IMG/VR virus record: IMGVR_UViG_3300025875_000590 | Span: 23,201-87,200 of that record | Source: a virus | Taxonomy: Duplodnaviria > Caudoviricetes | Strand: one strand, 5' to 3' | Length of the DNA stretch: 64,000 nucleotides | Shown: one piece after another, positions 1 to 8,844 of the stretch | How positions within the stretch are numbered: position 1 is the first letter of the stretch | Layout of the letters: every line of letters begins with the position of its first letter | Notes under the pieces: generated by a model | The model's database searches: none | Told to the model about the DNA's origin: nothing | Seen by the model: only the letters and a program-made list of their open reading frames with translations | Made by a program: the position numbers and the translations under genes

Positions 1-452
1 AGGCGGGCCACGTCCTCCTTCTTGGCGTGCTGGGTGAGCCGGAGGTACACCCACGCGCACAGCTCGTCCAGCGGCCAGTCCAGAGGGTCGCCGAGGCCGC
101 GGTCGCGGGCGACGGCGATGAAGGTGTCCCAGCCGTCGACCATGGTGGCCACGAGCATGGTGGCCTGCCACCACGGGCGGCCGGCGGCCTGGGCGAGCAG
201 GCCCTGCCCGATGCGGTGCAGCAGCGCCGGGTCGAGGTCCTCGTCGGGGTCCAGGGCGGTGTCCCACAGCTCTTCGGCGACGTCGTCGGGGAGGACCTCG
301 AGCAGCAGGTCGGCGGGCTCGTCGGAGAGGATGGCCAGCACCCACACCCGGGCGGGGTGCTCGGCCACCTCGAACAGCCGGCCGTCGATGCGGAAGGCAA
401 GCGGGTCCAGCCGCCGGTCGCGCCAGGCGTCCAGACGCGACCGGGCGCTCAC
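1..452 (-). CDS. Tail-region protein following the tail assembly chaperone (runs off window)
   Basis: Hand translation from GTG 452 (MSARSRLDAWRDRRLDPLAFRIDGRLFEVAEHPARVW...), GTGA overlap with upstream gene, open to window edge. Confidence 0.65.
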   Translation of the reverse strand, partial: MSARSRLDAWRDRRLDPLAFRIDGRLFEVAEHPARVWVLAILSDEPADLLLEVLPDDVAEELWDTALDPDEDLDPALLHRIGQGLLAQAAGRPWWQATMLVATMVDGWDTFIAVARDRGLGDPLDWPLDELCAWVYLRLTQHAKKEDVAR

Positions 453-808
453 CGGCGCTTGGTGGCCTTTTGCTGCTTGTCGTAGTCCTTCCAGAAGTCG
501 CCCATGTCGGCCAGGATCGGCATGACGTCCTCGGCGTCGAGGTCGTCGTCGTTGTTGAGCAGGCGGCCCTCGAGGATGGTGCGGCCGGGCTCGAGGACGC
601 AGTCGCCGAGGAAGTCCAGGGCGAGCTTGATCTTCATGCCGGCGGGGGTGCGGCGGGACTGCACCGGGGCGAGCTGGGCGATGAGGGCGTCCTTGGGCTT
701 GCTCGCCGACATCTCGACGCCGTCGACCTTGAAGCGGAACAGCGGAGGCGCGTCGGCGCCCTCGGCGGTCTCCTTCGGCTTGGTGGTGTAGTCGCGGATC
801 TCGGTCAC
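449..808 (-). CDS. Putative tail assembly chaperone
   Basis: AGGAG RBS before GTG 808; position after gp10-like gene in tail operon; acidic 119 aa. Confidence 0.6.
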   Translation of the reverse strand: MTEIRDYTTKPKETAEGADAPPLFRFKVDGVEMSASKPKDALIAQLAPVQSRRTPAGMKIKLALDFLGDCVLEPGRTILEGRLLNNDDDLDAEDVMPILADMGDFWKDYDKQQKATKRR

Positions 809-887
809 GAGGGGCTCCTGGTGCAGGGGGCGAGCAGACGACAGCACGGTAACCGTCTGCGGTCGGCTGGTGACGCCAGGCACGCGG

Positions 888-1415
888 TCAGGCGTTGCGG
901 TCGATGACCTCCTCCATCGCGCGGCGGAGGAACGGCCGGCCCGCTCGAGCGGCGATCTTCCGGCTGTGGGAGGGCACGGTGTGCGCCAGCTGCGTGCGGG
1001 CGGCCACCTGGTGGGCGGGCACCTCGGTGGCCGGGACGGTGTAGGACTTCCGGCCGTTGCGCGCCGGGACGGTGTACGCCTTCCGGGTGTGCGCCTTGAC
1101 GGTGTGCGCCTTGATCGTCCGGGCCTTCACCTGGTGCGCGGCCACCGTCACGGTCTGCGCGCGCACGCCCTCGTGGACGTCGGCGGCGTACTCGACCGCG
1201 GTGCCGACCCGGCCGATGACGAGCATGCCCTCGGTGCGGGTCGCCGAGGTGATGGAGGACCGGAGGTTGCCGGTGTCGACCGGGCAGTAGAGCACCGCGC
1301 GGTTGCGGATGAGCCGGATCTGCCGGATGACGTGCCGGGTGACGAGCCCGCCAGGCCCGACCAGCTGGGTGCGGAGTTCGGACTGGTTGATGACCAGCCG
1401 GGCCGTGGCGGGCAC
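888..1415 (-). CDS. HK97 gp10-like tail/neck protein
   Basis: CPVDTGNLRSSI and VEYAADVHEG motifs. Confidence 0.8.
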   Translation of the reverse strand: MPATARLVINQSELRTQLVGPGGLVTRHVIRQIRLIRNRAVLYCPVDTGNLRSSITSATRTEGMLVIGRVGTAVEYAADVHEGVRAQTVTVAAHQVKARTIKAHTVKAHTRKAYTVPARNGRKSYTVPATEVPAHQVAARTQLAHTVPSHSRKIAARAGRPFLRRAMEEVIDRNA

Positions 1416-1419
1416 GGGG

Positions 1420-1686
1420 CTACTCCCCCGCTGGCGTGCCGGCGCGGTGCTCGGCGAGGCGCTGCTGCTTCTCCGCCACCGAGCCCGACGTCGACAGCTC
1501 GGCGGCGGCCAGCGCGGCGTCGAGGGCGGCGCCGCGCAGGAGGGCCTCCTCGCCGTCGTCGTCCAGGACGGTGAGCCGACCGTCGGCGATCGCCGCGTCG
1601 ATCAGCGGCGTGCGGGTGAGGGTCACCTCCTCGTACCAGGCCAGCCCGAGCATCGGGGTCTCGGTGCGCACACGAACATCGGCCAT
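1420..1686 (-). CDS. Small virion-operon protein with C-terminal SAP/HeH-like helical module
   Basis: C-terminus LRGAALDAALAAAELSTSGSVAEKQQRL; position in operon. Confidence 0.55.
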   Translation of the reverse strand: MADVRVRTETPMLGLAWYEEVTLTRTPLIDAAIADGRLTVLDDDGEEALLRGAALDAALAAAELSTSGSVAEKQQRLAEHRAGTPAGE

Positions 1687-1700
1687 GACAGCTCCCTACC

Positions 1701-2267
1701 TCAGACGACCTGGATGGTCGCGGTGATGAGCCCGCCGACGATGCCGCCGTCGGGCCCGAACGGGGTCCAGGCGCCCAGGACGATGCCCACGTCCTCGGCG
1801 TCGGCGTACCGGTTGAGCAGCGCCTCGCGGAGGATCGCGGCGTCGATCGCGGCGACGCTGGCGGCCTCCTCCTCGTCCTCGATCGGGGGGAGGACCGCGG
1901 CGCCGTCGACCTCGGTGACCACCGGCGCTGGCCGGGCGACGCCGACCTCGATGGTGACCGCCCAGGACATCTCGGCGGTGTGCGGCCCGGCGTCGGGCTC
2001 GGGGAAGTTGCGGGAGGGCACCGAGGACACGAGGCGGACCCACAGCTGCCCGCAGCAGTCCTCGGTGAGGTCGGTGCCGCGGTCCAGGGGCACCTCGACG
2101 CCGGCGACGGCCAGGACGGCGCAGGGGGTCAGGACGGAGGGGTCCCGCTCGTGGAGCTCGTCGTACAGCTCGACGGTGACGTCGCGGACCCGGCCGAGCA
2201 GGGGGGCGGCGACGCCGTCGAGGACGGTGCCGTCGGGGAGGATGCACAGCCCGCTGGCGTAGGTCAC
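1701..2267 (-). CDS. Putative tail terminator/neck protein
   Basis: DCCGQLWVRL and TIEVGVARP motifs typical of actinophage neck genes; GTGA overlap with adaptor gene. Confidence 0.55.
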   Translation of the reverse strand: MTYASGLCILPDGTVLDGVAAPLLGRVRDVTVELYDELHERDPSVLTPCAVLAVAGVEVPLDRGTDLTEDCCGQLWVRLVSSVPSRNFPEPDAGPHTAEMSWAVTIEVGVARPAPVVTEVDGAAVLPPIEDEEEAASVAAIDAAILREALLNRYADAEDVGIVLGAWTPFGPDGGIVGGLITATIQVV

Positions 2268-3019
2268 TGGTCGGCCCCGGAGTGGACGGCGAGCACGCGG
2301 TGCTTGGCCGACAGCGGCGACCAGAGGGTGGCGGCCTGCCGGAGCCCGTCGGGGTTGACCGACCGCAGCCACGCGTCAACGGTGGGGACGCCGGTGTAGC
2401 CGGCGTCGGCGAGGTCCTCGGGGGCGGCGAGGGTGACGCTGGTGCCCTGCCGGGTGACGTCGCGGGCGCGGGAAGGCAGCTTGCACTTCGGGTCGACCAC
2501 CATGCCGCGGCCGAGCTCGAGGGCGTAGCGGGCGGCGGCGAGGTTGCCGTCGACGCCGGGGGCGAGGCCGCGGGTGTAGCGGACGGCCCAGCGGGGCGCG
2601 TAGACGTCCTGGGCGACGGGCCAGCCGCCGCCGTCGGTGCGCACGAGGGTCCCGTCGGGGTCCAGGTGCCAGGCGGCGCTGTCGAGGACCTCGGCGTCGA
2701 CCACGACCTGGGAGACGCCGACGACGGGCCCGGGGAGCCGGAACGCGCGGGCGGGGGTGCAGTAGCCGTTGACGGCCATCCCGGCGCCGGCGTTGAGGGC
2801 GACGCCGGTGCGGTGCCCGGTGTACCAGCCGACGCGCGGCGGGGGGATGAACGGGGCGAGGGTGACGTCGAGGGTGCCGAACCGTCGCCCGGACAGCGCC
2901 CACAGGGTGCGGACGGCGACCTGCTGGGCGACCGCCTGCACGTCGGTGGGGAGGGCGTCCCAGCTGGCCCCGAGCAGGTCGGTGCTCGGGGCCCAGCCGG
3001 TGGGCAGCGGGTCGGTCAC
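2264..3019 (-). CDS. Head-to-tail adaptor
   Basis: LWALSGRRFG, CKLPSRARDVTRQG and TGVPTVDAWLRSVNP motifs. Confidence 0.75.
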   Translation of the reverse strand: MTDPLPTGWAPSTDLLGASWDALPTDVQAVAQQVAVRTLWALSGRRFGTLDVTLAPFIPPPRVGWYTGHRTGVALNAGAGMAVNGYCTPARAFRLPGPVVGVSQVVVDAEVLDSAAWHLDPDGTLVRTDGGGWPVAQDVYAPRWAVRYTRGLAPGVDGNLAAARYALELGRGMVVDPKCKLPSRARDVTRQGTSVTLAAPEDLADAGYTGVPTVDAWLRSVNPDGLRQAATLWSPLSAKHRVLAVHSGADQ

Positions 3020-3021
3020 GC

Positions 3022-3708
3022 TCAGGCGGCGAGCGCGACCAGGCCGGAGCTCTCGGCCGGCGGTGCGATCGTGGTCATCTGCAGGTGGAAGTGGTCCTTC
3101 GGCCCGATCGCGGTGAGCAGCGGCCCCGGGGTGATGGTGCCCTCGGCCGCGGAGATGTCGACCACGTCGTAGGGGCCGACGTCCCAGCCCGGGTTCTCCC
3201 GGGTGGAGGACGACAGGCTGAAGCTCGCGGCGCCGTTCTCCAGGCTGAAGTCGCCGATGGTGCCGCCCTTCAGGAACGGCAGCAGGGTGTAGCCGTAGGC
3301 CTTGGCGCCGGCGCACGCCTGCCCGGCGAGGTCGGTCCACACCTCCAGGCCCCACCCGCCGAGCACGGGGACGCCGCCGGAGAGCCGGAAGCCGACGGCG
3401 GCGGCCTTGGCGTCGAGGACGACCTGCTGCCCGGTCATGAGGGAGAACAGGTCGGGGTCGACGCGGGTGAACGCGATCTCGGCGTTCATGCCGGTGAGGG
3501 TGGAGTCGCCGGGCTCGTTGAAGTCGGACTCGCCGGAGCCGTTGGTGACCGCGATCGCGTCGGCGGTCTCGTACTGCGGGGACAGGCCGACGGAGACGAA
3601 GCCCTTGCTGACGCGGGTGGACTTCGGGCCGATGACGGGGACGCCGCACTCGTCCAGCCGGGTGATGCGCATCCGCCGACCGCGGATGGGAGCGAAGGTA
3701 CCGTTCAC
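3022..3708 (-). CDS. Major tail protein
   Basis: IRGRRMRITRLDECG, FTRVDPDLFSLMTG, YTLLPFLKGG motifs; GGAG RBS. Confidence 0.8.
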   Translation of the reverse strand: MNGTFAPIRGRRMRITRLDECGVPVIGPKSTRVSKGFVSVGLSPQYETADAIAVTNGSGESDFNEPGDSTLTGMNAEIAFTRVDPDLFSLMTGQQVVLDAKAAAVGFRLSGGVPVLGGWGLEVWTDLAGQACAGAKAYGYTLLPFLKGGTIGDFSLENGAASFSLSSSTRENPGWDVGPYDVVDISAAEGTITPGPLLTAIGPKDHFHLQMTTIAPPAESSGLVALAA

Positions 3709-3778
3709 GGGGGACTCCAGGGTGCTCGGGAGCGAGCGCCCGGCCCTCGGCCAGCGGCGGTACAACTTCGGAGGGTAG
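3706..3778 (-). promoter_or_regulatory. Late promoter/leader motif, copy A (before major tail gene)
   Basis: TACCCT (-10-like) then GCCGCTGGCCGAGGGCCGGGCG; near-identical to 8589-8665. Confidence 0.7.
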
Positions 3779-3811
3779 TGCAGCGCGCAGGCCCGAGCGG
3801 GGTCGGCGCGC

Positions 3812-4177
3812 TTACCGCCCGGGGGGCATCGGGTGGTCGGTGCCCGGGAACAGCCCGCAGTACCACTCCTCCTCCGCCGGCGGGGGCGCGGCGGGCTGGC
3901 CGTAGGCGGCGAGCGGGTAGCAGTTGTTGCGGACCTTCTCGTGCAGCCACACGGCGCCGTAGGCGGTGAGCGGGGTCCACAGCAGCAGCCCGAGCGCGAG
4001 GACGACGGCGACGTGGTGCAGCCGGGAGCGGGTGCGCTCGGCGGTCTCGTCGGCGGCGCCGGCCAGCCGCTCGGAGAGGTCCCGGGCGACGCGGTCGGCC
4101 TGCAGGGAGTCCGAGAGGCGGGTGACCCGGTCGTGCAGGTCGCGGACGCCCTCGTGCAGCTGCTCGTCCTCCATCAC
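3812..4177 (-). CDS. Membrane protein (coiled coil, one TM, Cys-containing C-terminus)
   Basis: Hydrophobic run VAVVLALGLLLWTPLTAYGAVWL; overlap-coupled to upstream gene. Confidence 0.65.
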   Translation of the reverse strand: MMEDEQLHEGVRDLHDRVTRLSDSLQADRVARDLSERLAGAADETAERTRSRLHHVAVVLALGLLLWTPLTAYGAVWLHEKVRNNCYPLAAYGQPAAPPPAEEEWYCGLFPGTDHPMPPGR

Positions 4178-4743
4178 CGCTCGCTGGGCCCGTCGAGGCG
4201 GGTGATCTGCGCGGTGATGCTGCGCGGCGCCGAGCCCGGGGAGGCCCCGGGGTACTGGCCCCCGCCGGGGTTGGCGGCCTCGTCGTTGGCCTCGAGCTCG
4301 CCGGGGTACCAGCGGTGCAGGAGCAGCCCGGCGTGGCTCTCGCGGATGGAGCGGATCTCCTGGGCGGGCACGAGGACCATCCCGCGGGGAACGCGGCTGC
4401 CCAGCTGGTAGTCCTGCACCAGCTGCCGGAGGTCGGCGACCTGCCGCTCGAGGGACCGGTTCTCCGTCTTCAGCTCGCTGATGTCCGCGGCGTGGTCGGC
4501 CTTCAGGGAGACGATCGACTGCTCGTAGGAGTCGACGCGGCTCTTCGTCTCCTCCAGCAGCAGCCGAAGCACGTCGAAATTGCCCTGCGCCGAGACGGCG
4601 GAGACCTCCTTGCGCTCGGCGGCGGCGACGTCAGCGCGCTCACCGCGGCGGGTGACGTACCGCTGCACGAGGTCCTTCACGCCGAGCCCGGCGAGGATGG
4701 CCCCGATGGCGGTGAGGACGGCGACGATCGTGTCGCCGTTCAC
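4174..4743 (-). CDS. N-terminal TM plus coiled-coil protein (lysis-cassette-like)
   Basis: IVAVLTAIGAILAGLGV anchor, then heptad region. Confidence 0.65.
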   Translation of the reverse strand: MNGDTIVAVLTAIGAILAGLGVKDLVQRYVTRRGERADVAAAERKEVSAVSAQGNFDVLRLLLEETKSRVDSYEQSIVSLKADHAADISELKTENRSLERQVADLRQLVQDYQLGSRVPRGMVLVPAQEIRSIRESHAGLLLHRWYPGELEANDEAANPGGGQYPGASPGSAPRSITAQITRLDGPSER

Positions 4744-5180
4744 GCGCGGCCCTCGGGGATGCCGCGGGCCTGCTGGTTGCGCCAGGACAGCAGGTGGACG
4801 TAGGCGTAGACGTGGGTGCCGACGGCGAGGATGCCGTAGGCGAAGGTGCCGATCTGGGCGGGGTTGACCCAGGTCAGGTCGAAGGCGAACAGCCCCCACA
4901 CGGCCATGCCCGCCAGGGTCGCGCCGTCGATGATCCGGTCGAGGGCGTCGCTGTAGAGCCCGGCGCCCATGATCAGGCCCAGGACGATGAGCACGGACCC
5001 GAAGATGACGTCGTTGGCGAAGTGCTGGCGGGCGAGGCTGTAGCCGGCGCTGGAGGCGAGGGTGTCGTCGGGGAACAGCAGCCGGATCCCGACGACCACG
5101 TTGAACACGGCTGAGAGCACGCGGGCGGAAGTGACCCGGGCGACGACATGCGTCGGGTCGGTGTGCGGCAGGAGAGGCAT
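4740..5180 (-). CDS. Four-TM membrane protein, holin candidate
   Basis: 146 aa, four hydrophobic segments, basic C-terminus. Confidence 0.55.
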   Translation of the reverse strand: MPLLPHTDPTHVVARVTSARVLSAVFNVVVGIRLLFPDDTLASSAGYSLARQHFANDVIFGSVLIVLGLIMGAGLYSDALDRIIDGATLAGMAVWGLFAFDLTWVNPAQIGTFAYGILAVGTHVYAYVHLLSWRNQQARGIPEGRA

Positions 5181-5203
5181 CGGTGGGCTCCGGTAGGGCG
5201 ATA

Positions 5204-5236
5204 CCGCCCCGCCCTCCGGTCAGGAGGGCGGGGCGG
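5204..5236. terminator. GC-rich hairpin terminator
   Basis: 14-bp perfect stem CCGCCCCGCCCTCC, GGTCA loop, after 5254-5913. Confidence 0.7.
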
Positions 5237-5253
5237 CGGGGGTCGCGGGGGTG

Positions 5254-5913
5254 TTACTGGCCGGCGCGGTGCGCGGCGAGCCGCGCCTGCTTCTCCGCGA
5301 CGCGGCCGGTGGTGGGCAGGTCGGCGGCGCGGAGGGCCTCGTCCAGGGCCTCCCCGCGCAGCTCACCCTCGGCCGGGCCGCCCTCGTCGTCGCCACCGGT
5401 GTCGCTGGCGTCGGCGACGTTCTCGGTGCTCTTCGCCGGCAGCCCGGTGTGCGTCTCGTCGCGGGCGCCCTCGACCGGCGGCGGAGCGCCGTGGGTCAAG
5501 CCACCGTTCGGGTCGCCCTCGGGGACGTCGGCCTCGGTGGGAGCACCGGTGGTGGCCTCGGCGTGCGTGGCGCCACCGTTGGGCTCGTTGCCGGAGCGGG
5601 CCAGCGTGCCGCCGGTCTGCGCACCGTCGGTCGCGGCGACACCCCCGGCCGGGGCGGGGCGCTGCGCGACGGCGGTGTTGGTCAGGGCCTTGCCCTCGAC
5701 GGCCATCGCGTCGACGGCGCCGTCCTCGGAGGCGCTGAAGCCGGCGGCCTCGGCGACGTCGGCGGGGACGCGGAAGCCCTGGAACACGGTGGCCACCGAC
5801 TCCTGGGCCACGCCCAGCTCGTCACAGGCGGCGAGCAGCCGACGGGAGATGTCGGGCTGGTCGGCGTTGGCGGCGAAGATCTCCACGAACTGCGGGGCGG
5901 TGGGCTCGGACAC
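5254..5913 (-). CDS. Head-associated protein with acidic linker and SAP/HeH-like C-terminus
   Basis: Follows capsid genes; C-terminus LRGEALDEALRAADLPTTGRVAEKQARL. Confidence 0.6.
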   Translation of the reverse strand: MSEPTAPQFVEIFAANADQPDISRRLLAACDELGVAQESVATVFQGFRVPADVAEAAGFSASEDGAVDAMAVEGKALTNTAVAQRPAPAGGVAATDGAQTGGTLARSGNEPNGGATHAEATTGAPTEADVPEGDPNGGLTHGAPPPVEGARDETHTGLPAKSTENVADASDTGGDDEGGPAEGELRGEALDEALRAADLPTTGRVAEKQARLAAHRAGQ

Positions 5914-5931
5914 GGCGAGGTGCTCCTTCGG

Positions 5932-6771
5932 TCAGACGGTGAGGTTGGTGGGGACGGCGAACAGCCCGCACGAGTGCCCGACGGACACGATGCGGGCGGT
6001 CTGGACCGTGGCGACGTTGGTCTCCCGGTCCAGTGCTTCGGGGAGGTTCTCGGGCAGGTCGATGACCGGGCGGCGGACGACCTTGACGGGGCCGGTGGCG
6101 TAGAGCCAGGTGGCCTCGTCGGTGCGCGCCTGCCCGGCCGGGCCGGAGCCGGGGTAGCCGGTGCCGAACACGACCTTCGTGCCGAGCTCGGTGCGCATGA
6201 CCCCGCGGGACTCCGACACCATGCCCTTGAGCGCCTGGAAGGCGACGCGGGGAGCGTGGATGACGCCGACCGCGCCGGTCATGAGGCCGATGGCCTCCTC
6301 GAGGCGGCCGAAGGCGAGCGCGGGCTTCAGCGCCGTGCCGGAGAGGATCTCCGCGGCCACGGCGTCGGCGAGGTGCACGGGCTCCACGTCGGGGGCCCAG
6401 CCCTCCCCGGTCCAGTAGGCGCGCTCGACGGCGGTCTGCTCCGTGAGGCGCATACGGGCCCGGGCGACGTCGCGCAGGTGCTCGAGCGTGGTGCCGACCG
6501 GCTTGCACTGGATGCCGGCGTGCACGCCGATCGGGGGTGCCTGCACCAGGTCGGTGCCTTCGGGCACGTCGCCGGGGAACGGGCTCTCGACGGCGCAGCC
6601 GACGGGGAACGTGGTGGCCAGCCCGCAGATCGTGGGCTCCCACTGGACGCCGTTGGCCGCGTGCGGGTCGGGGTCGTCCACCGGGACGGCGACGGAGTAC
6701 AGCCCGTAGCCGGCCGTCTCGGGAGTCGGCTCCTCGACGTCGTGCAGCGGGGCGGGGGCGGGAGAGGTCAC
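5932..6771 (-). CDS. Major capsid pentamer protein (cluster-B-mycobacteriophage-like)
   Basis: 279 aa directly after hexamer gene; NGVQWEP and EQTAVERAYW motifs. Confidence 0.6.
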   Translation of the reverse strand: MTSPAPAPLHDVEEPTPETAGYGLYSVAVPVDDPDPHAANGVQWEPTICGLATTFPVGCAVESPFPGDVPEGTDLVQAPPIGVHAGIQCKPVGTTLEHLRDVARARMRLTEQTAVERAYWTGEGWAPDVEPVHLADAVAAEILSGTALKPALAFGRLEEAIGLMTGAVGVIHAPRVAFQALKGMVSESRGVMRTELGTKVVFGTGYPGSGPAGQARTDEATWLYATGPVKVVRRPVIDLPENLPEALDRETNVATVQTARIVSVGHSCGLFAVPTNLTV

Positions 6772-6793
6772 GGGCGGTGCGCTCCTTCCATGA

Positions 6794-6830
6794 CCGAGGC
6801 CGGGGAGCCGGTCAGGCTCCCCGGCCTCGG
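6794..6830. terminator. Hairpin after major capsid gene
   Basis: 16-bp perfect stem CCGAGGCCGGGGAGCC, GGTCA loop. Confidence 0.75.
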
Positions 6831-6848
6831 GTCAGGCGCTGCGAGGGG

Positions 6849-8591
6849 TCAGACGGCAGCGACGGCGACGGGGCCACCGGCGGCGTGGTAGCCGTCCGCG
6901 GCGATCGGCACCGTGTAGACGCGGGAGTCGTGGCCGAGCTTGGCGACCATGAGCGACTCCTCGGTGAACAGGCCGGTGAACTCGTTCTCCACCAGGCCCG
7001 CGGAGTCGTAGACGGTGTCGAGGCTGATGACGTCGCCCATGCCGCGCACGAACGTGCCTGCGGGGTAGACCAGGAACGACACCGTCGCCGGCCAGCGCAC
7101 CGCGGCCACGGCCTGGCCGAGACCGGAGTCCTGCCAGTCGTAGACGAACTGCGGGGCGATGCTGCGCTGGGTGAACCAGGCCCGCACCTCGGCGTCGGTG
7201 ACGTCGAGCAGGTCCTTGCCGCCCTGCCACGCCAGGTCGGCCCGGATCGCGGGGAGGATCCACGCCGGGAACACCGCCTCGAGGGTGGTGCCCCGCGCCA
7301 TGCGGTGCCGGTACTTGACGTCCTCGACGGCCAGCTCGATGGCGTTGAGCACCGGGGTGCCCGCGCCACCGCCGGGGTTCGGAAGCGTCGGCACGGCGGT
7401 CGACAGCGCCACCATGCGGGCGATGCTCTTCGCCGAGATGCGGTGCGCGTGCGCGGCGAGAGCACCGCGGACGACGCGGGCCGTCAGCTCCGGGTAGGCC
7501 CGGTTCTGCAGGATGCCGGCGGTGATGCACAGCCCCTCGACGCCGGCGCGCTCCTCGGTGAACGGGGGGCACTCGACGCGGTAGCAGGGCTTGGTCTGCC
7601 CGGCGGTGGCCTGCGCCTCGGTCTGGGAGAAGCCGGTGCCGTCGAAGATCGACCGGAAGTCCGGGCCCGGGGTGAACCGGATGCCGCCGCGGGCGACGTT
7701 GATCTCCGGCATGTCGACCAGCGCGTCGGCGGCCTCGTACTCGGCGAGGTCGTACAGCGTCTCCGACGGAGCGCACCAGCCACCGGCGGCGACCAGGGAG
7801 CCGCCGGGGAGGCGGTGCTGGTCGATCGCGTAGTCCAGGACCTGGGAGTCGGTGACGGCCTTCGCCACGAGGCCGGGCTCGAAGTCCTTGCGGAGCAGCG
7901 CGATCCCGTGCTTCATGCGGGTCCGGGTGCCCGGCAGCGGAGACGAGGGGTACTCCGACGCCCGGCGAGACACGGCCTCGGCGACCTCACCGAAGGAGCC
8001 GAACGCGGTGCCAGCCTGGTGGCCGGGCGCCTCGGGGGCGGCGATGAGGCTGATCGGGCGGCGCTCGGGGGCGGCCGGCTTCTTCGACAGGCGGGCCAGG
8101 TCGGCGGCCCGGGCACGCGGCCGGGTCGTGGCGCCACCGGTTGCGGCGGCGGCGGTGACGGCGTCGGGCTCCAGCTCGGAGGCGTCGTCGGGGACCTCGA
8201 CGTCGTCCGCGGCGGTGCCGTCGGCGTCGGCGTCTGCGTCGTCTGCGGCGGAGGAGCCGGGCAGCTCGATGCCGGCGAGCTTGTTGCGCCGCTCGGCGTT
8301 GGCGCTGGCGCGACCGTCCTGCTCGACGCGGACGGCGGTGACGACCTCGGCGAGCCGCTCGGCCTCGGCGACGTCGTCGTCGGTGAGGAACTCCTTGTCG
8401 CGGATGGCCTCGAACGCGGATACGGCGCGGGTCTCGAGGTCGGCGAGCGCCTCGTCGTCCGCGGCGTCGACGCCGCCTTCGGGCAGGTCGATCGCGGGGG
8501 CGGTGTCCTCGGTGGGGACGAACACGGTGAAGCGGGCGCCGGCGCGGTCCCGCCCGATGCGCGGGACGGCGGGGAGGGTGGACAGGCTCAC
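6849..8591 (-). CDS. Major capsid (hexamer) protein with acidic N-terminal scaffold-like region
   Basis: SLVAAGGWCAPSETLYDL and RGGIRFTPGPDF motifs; GGAG RBS before GTG 8591. Confidence 0.85.
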   Translation of the reverse strand: MSLSTLPAVPRIGRDRAGARFTVFVPTEDTAPAIDLPEGGVDAADDEALADLETRAVSAFEAIRDKEFLTDDDVAEAERLAEVVTAVRVEQDGRASANAERRNKLAGIELPGSSAADDADADADGTAADDVEVPDDASELEPDAVTAAAATGGATTRPRARAADLARLSKKPAAPERRPISLIAAPEAPGHQAGTAFGSFGEVAEAVSRRASEYPSSPLPGTRTRMKHGIALLRKDFEPGLVAKAVTDSQVLDYAIDQHRLPGGSLVAAGGWCAPSETLYDLAEYEAADALVDMPEINVARGGIRFTPGPDFRSIFDGTGFSQTEAQATAGQTKPCYRVECPPFTEERAGVEGLCITAGILQNRAYPELTARVVRGALAAHAHRISAKSIARMVALSTAVPTLPNPGGGAGTPVLNAIELAVEDVKYRHRMARGTTLEAVFPAWILPAIRADLAWQGGKDLLDVTDAEVRAWFTQRSIAPQFVYDWQDSGLGQAVAAVRWPATVSFLVYPAGTFVRGMGDVISLDTVYDSAGLVENEFTGLFTEESLMVAKLGHDSRVYTVPIAADGYHAAGGPVAVAAV

Positions 8592-8665
8592 GGGGGAGGC
8601 TCCTGGGGTGCTCGGAAGTGCGAGCGCCCGGCCCTCGGCCAGCGGCGGTACAACCCGGAGGGTAG
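8589..8665 (-). promoter_or_regulatory. Late promoter/leader motif, copy B (before capsid gene)
   Basis: Near-identical to 3706-3778. Confidence 0.7.
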
Positions 8666-8710
8666 CCGACCAGCACGGCCGCTGCCTACGAGCCGTCACC
8701 GACACGCTGA

Positions 8711-8743
8711 CGGCCCCGGGCAGCACAACGCCCCCCGGGGCCG
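8711..8743. terminator. Hairpin terminator after parB
   Basis: 10-bp stem CGGCCCCGGG/CCCGGGGCCG. Confidence 0.55.
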
Positions 8744-8844
8744 CTCCAGCTGATCCAGCTAGCAGCAGCGCCCGAGGGGCGAAGGCCCGATCAGTCCGGC
8801 CGCGGCGTCCTAGGAACGCGGCCAGCAGGTGAGACGGTAGTCGA

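Noticed and set aside
449-480. Programmed frameshift at the end of the tail chaperone gene (CAAAAG)
   Set aside because: No canonical XXXYYYZ heptamer; the next gene has its own GTG overlapping the stop.
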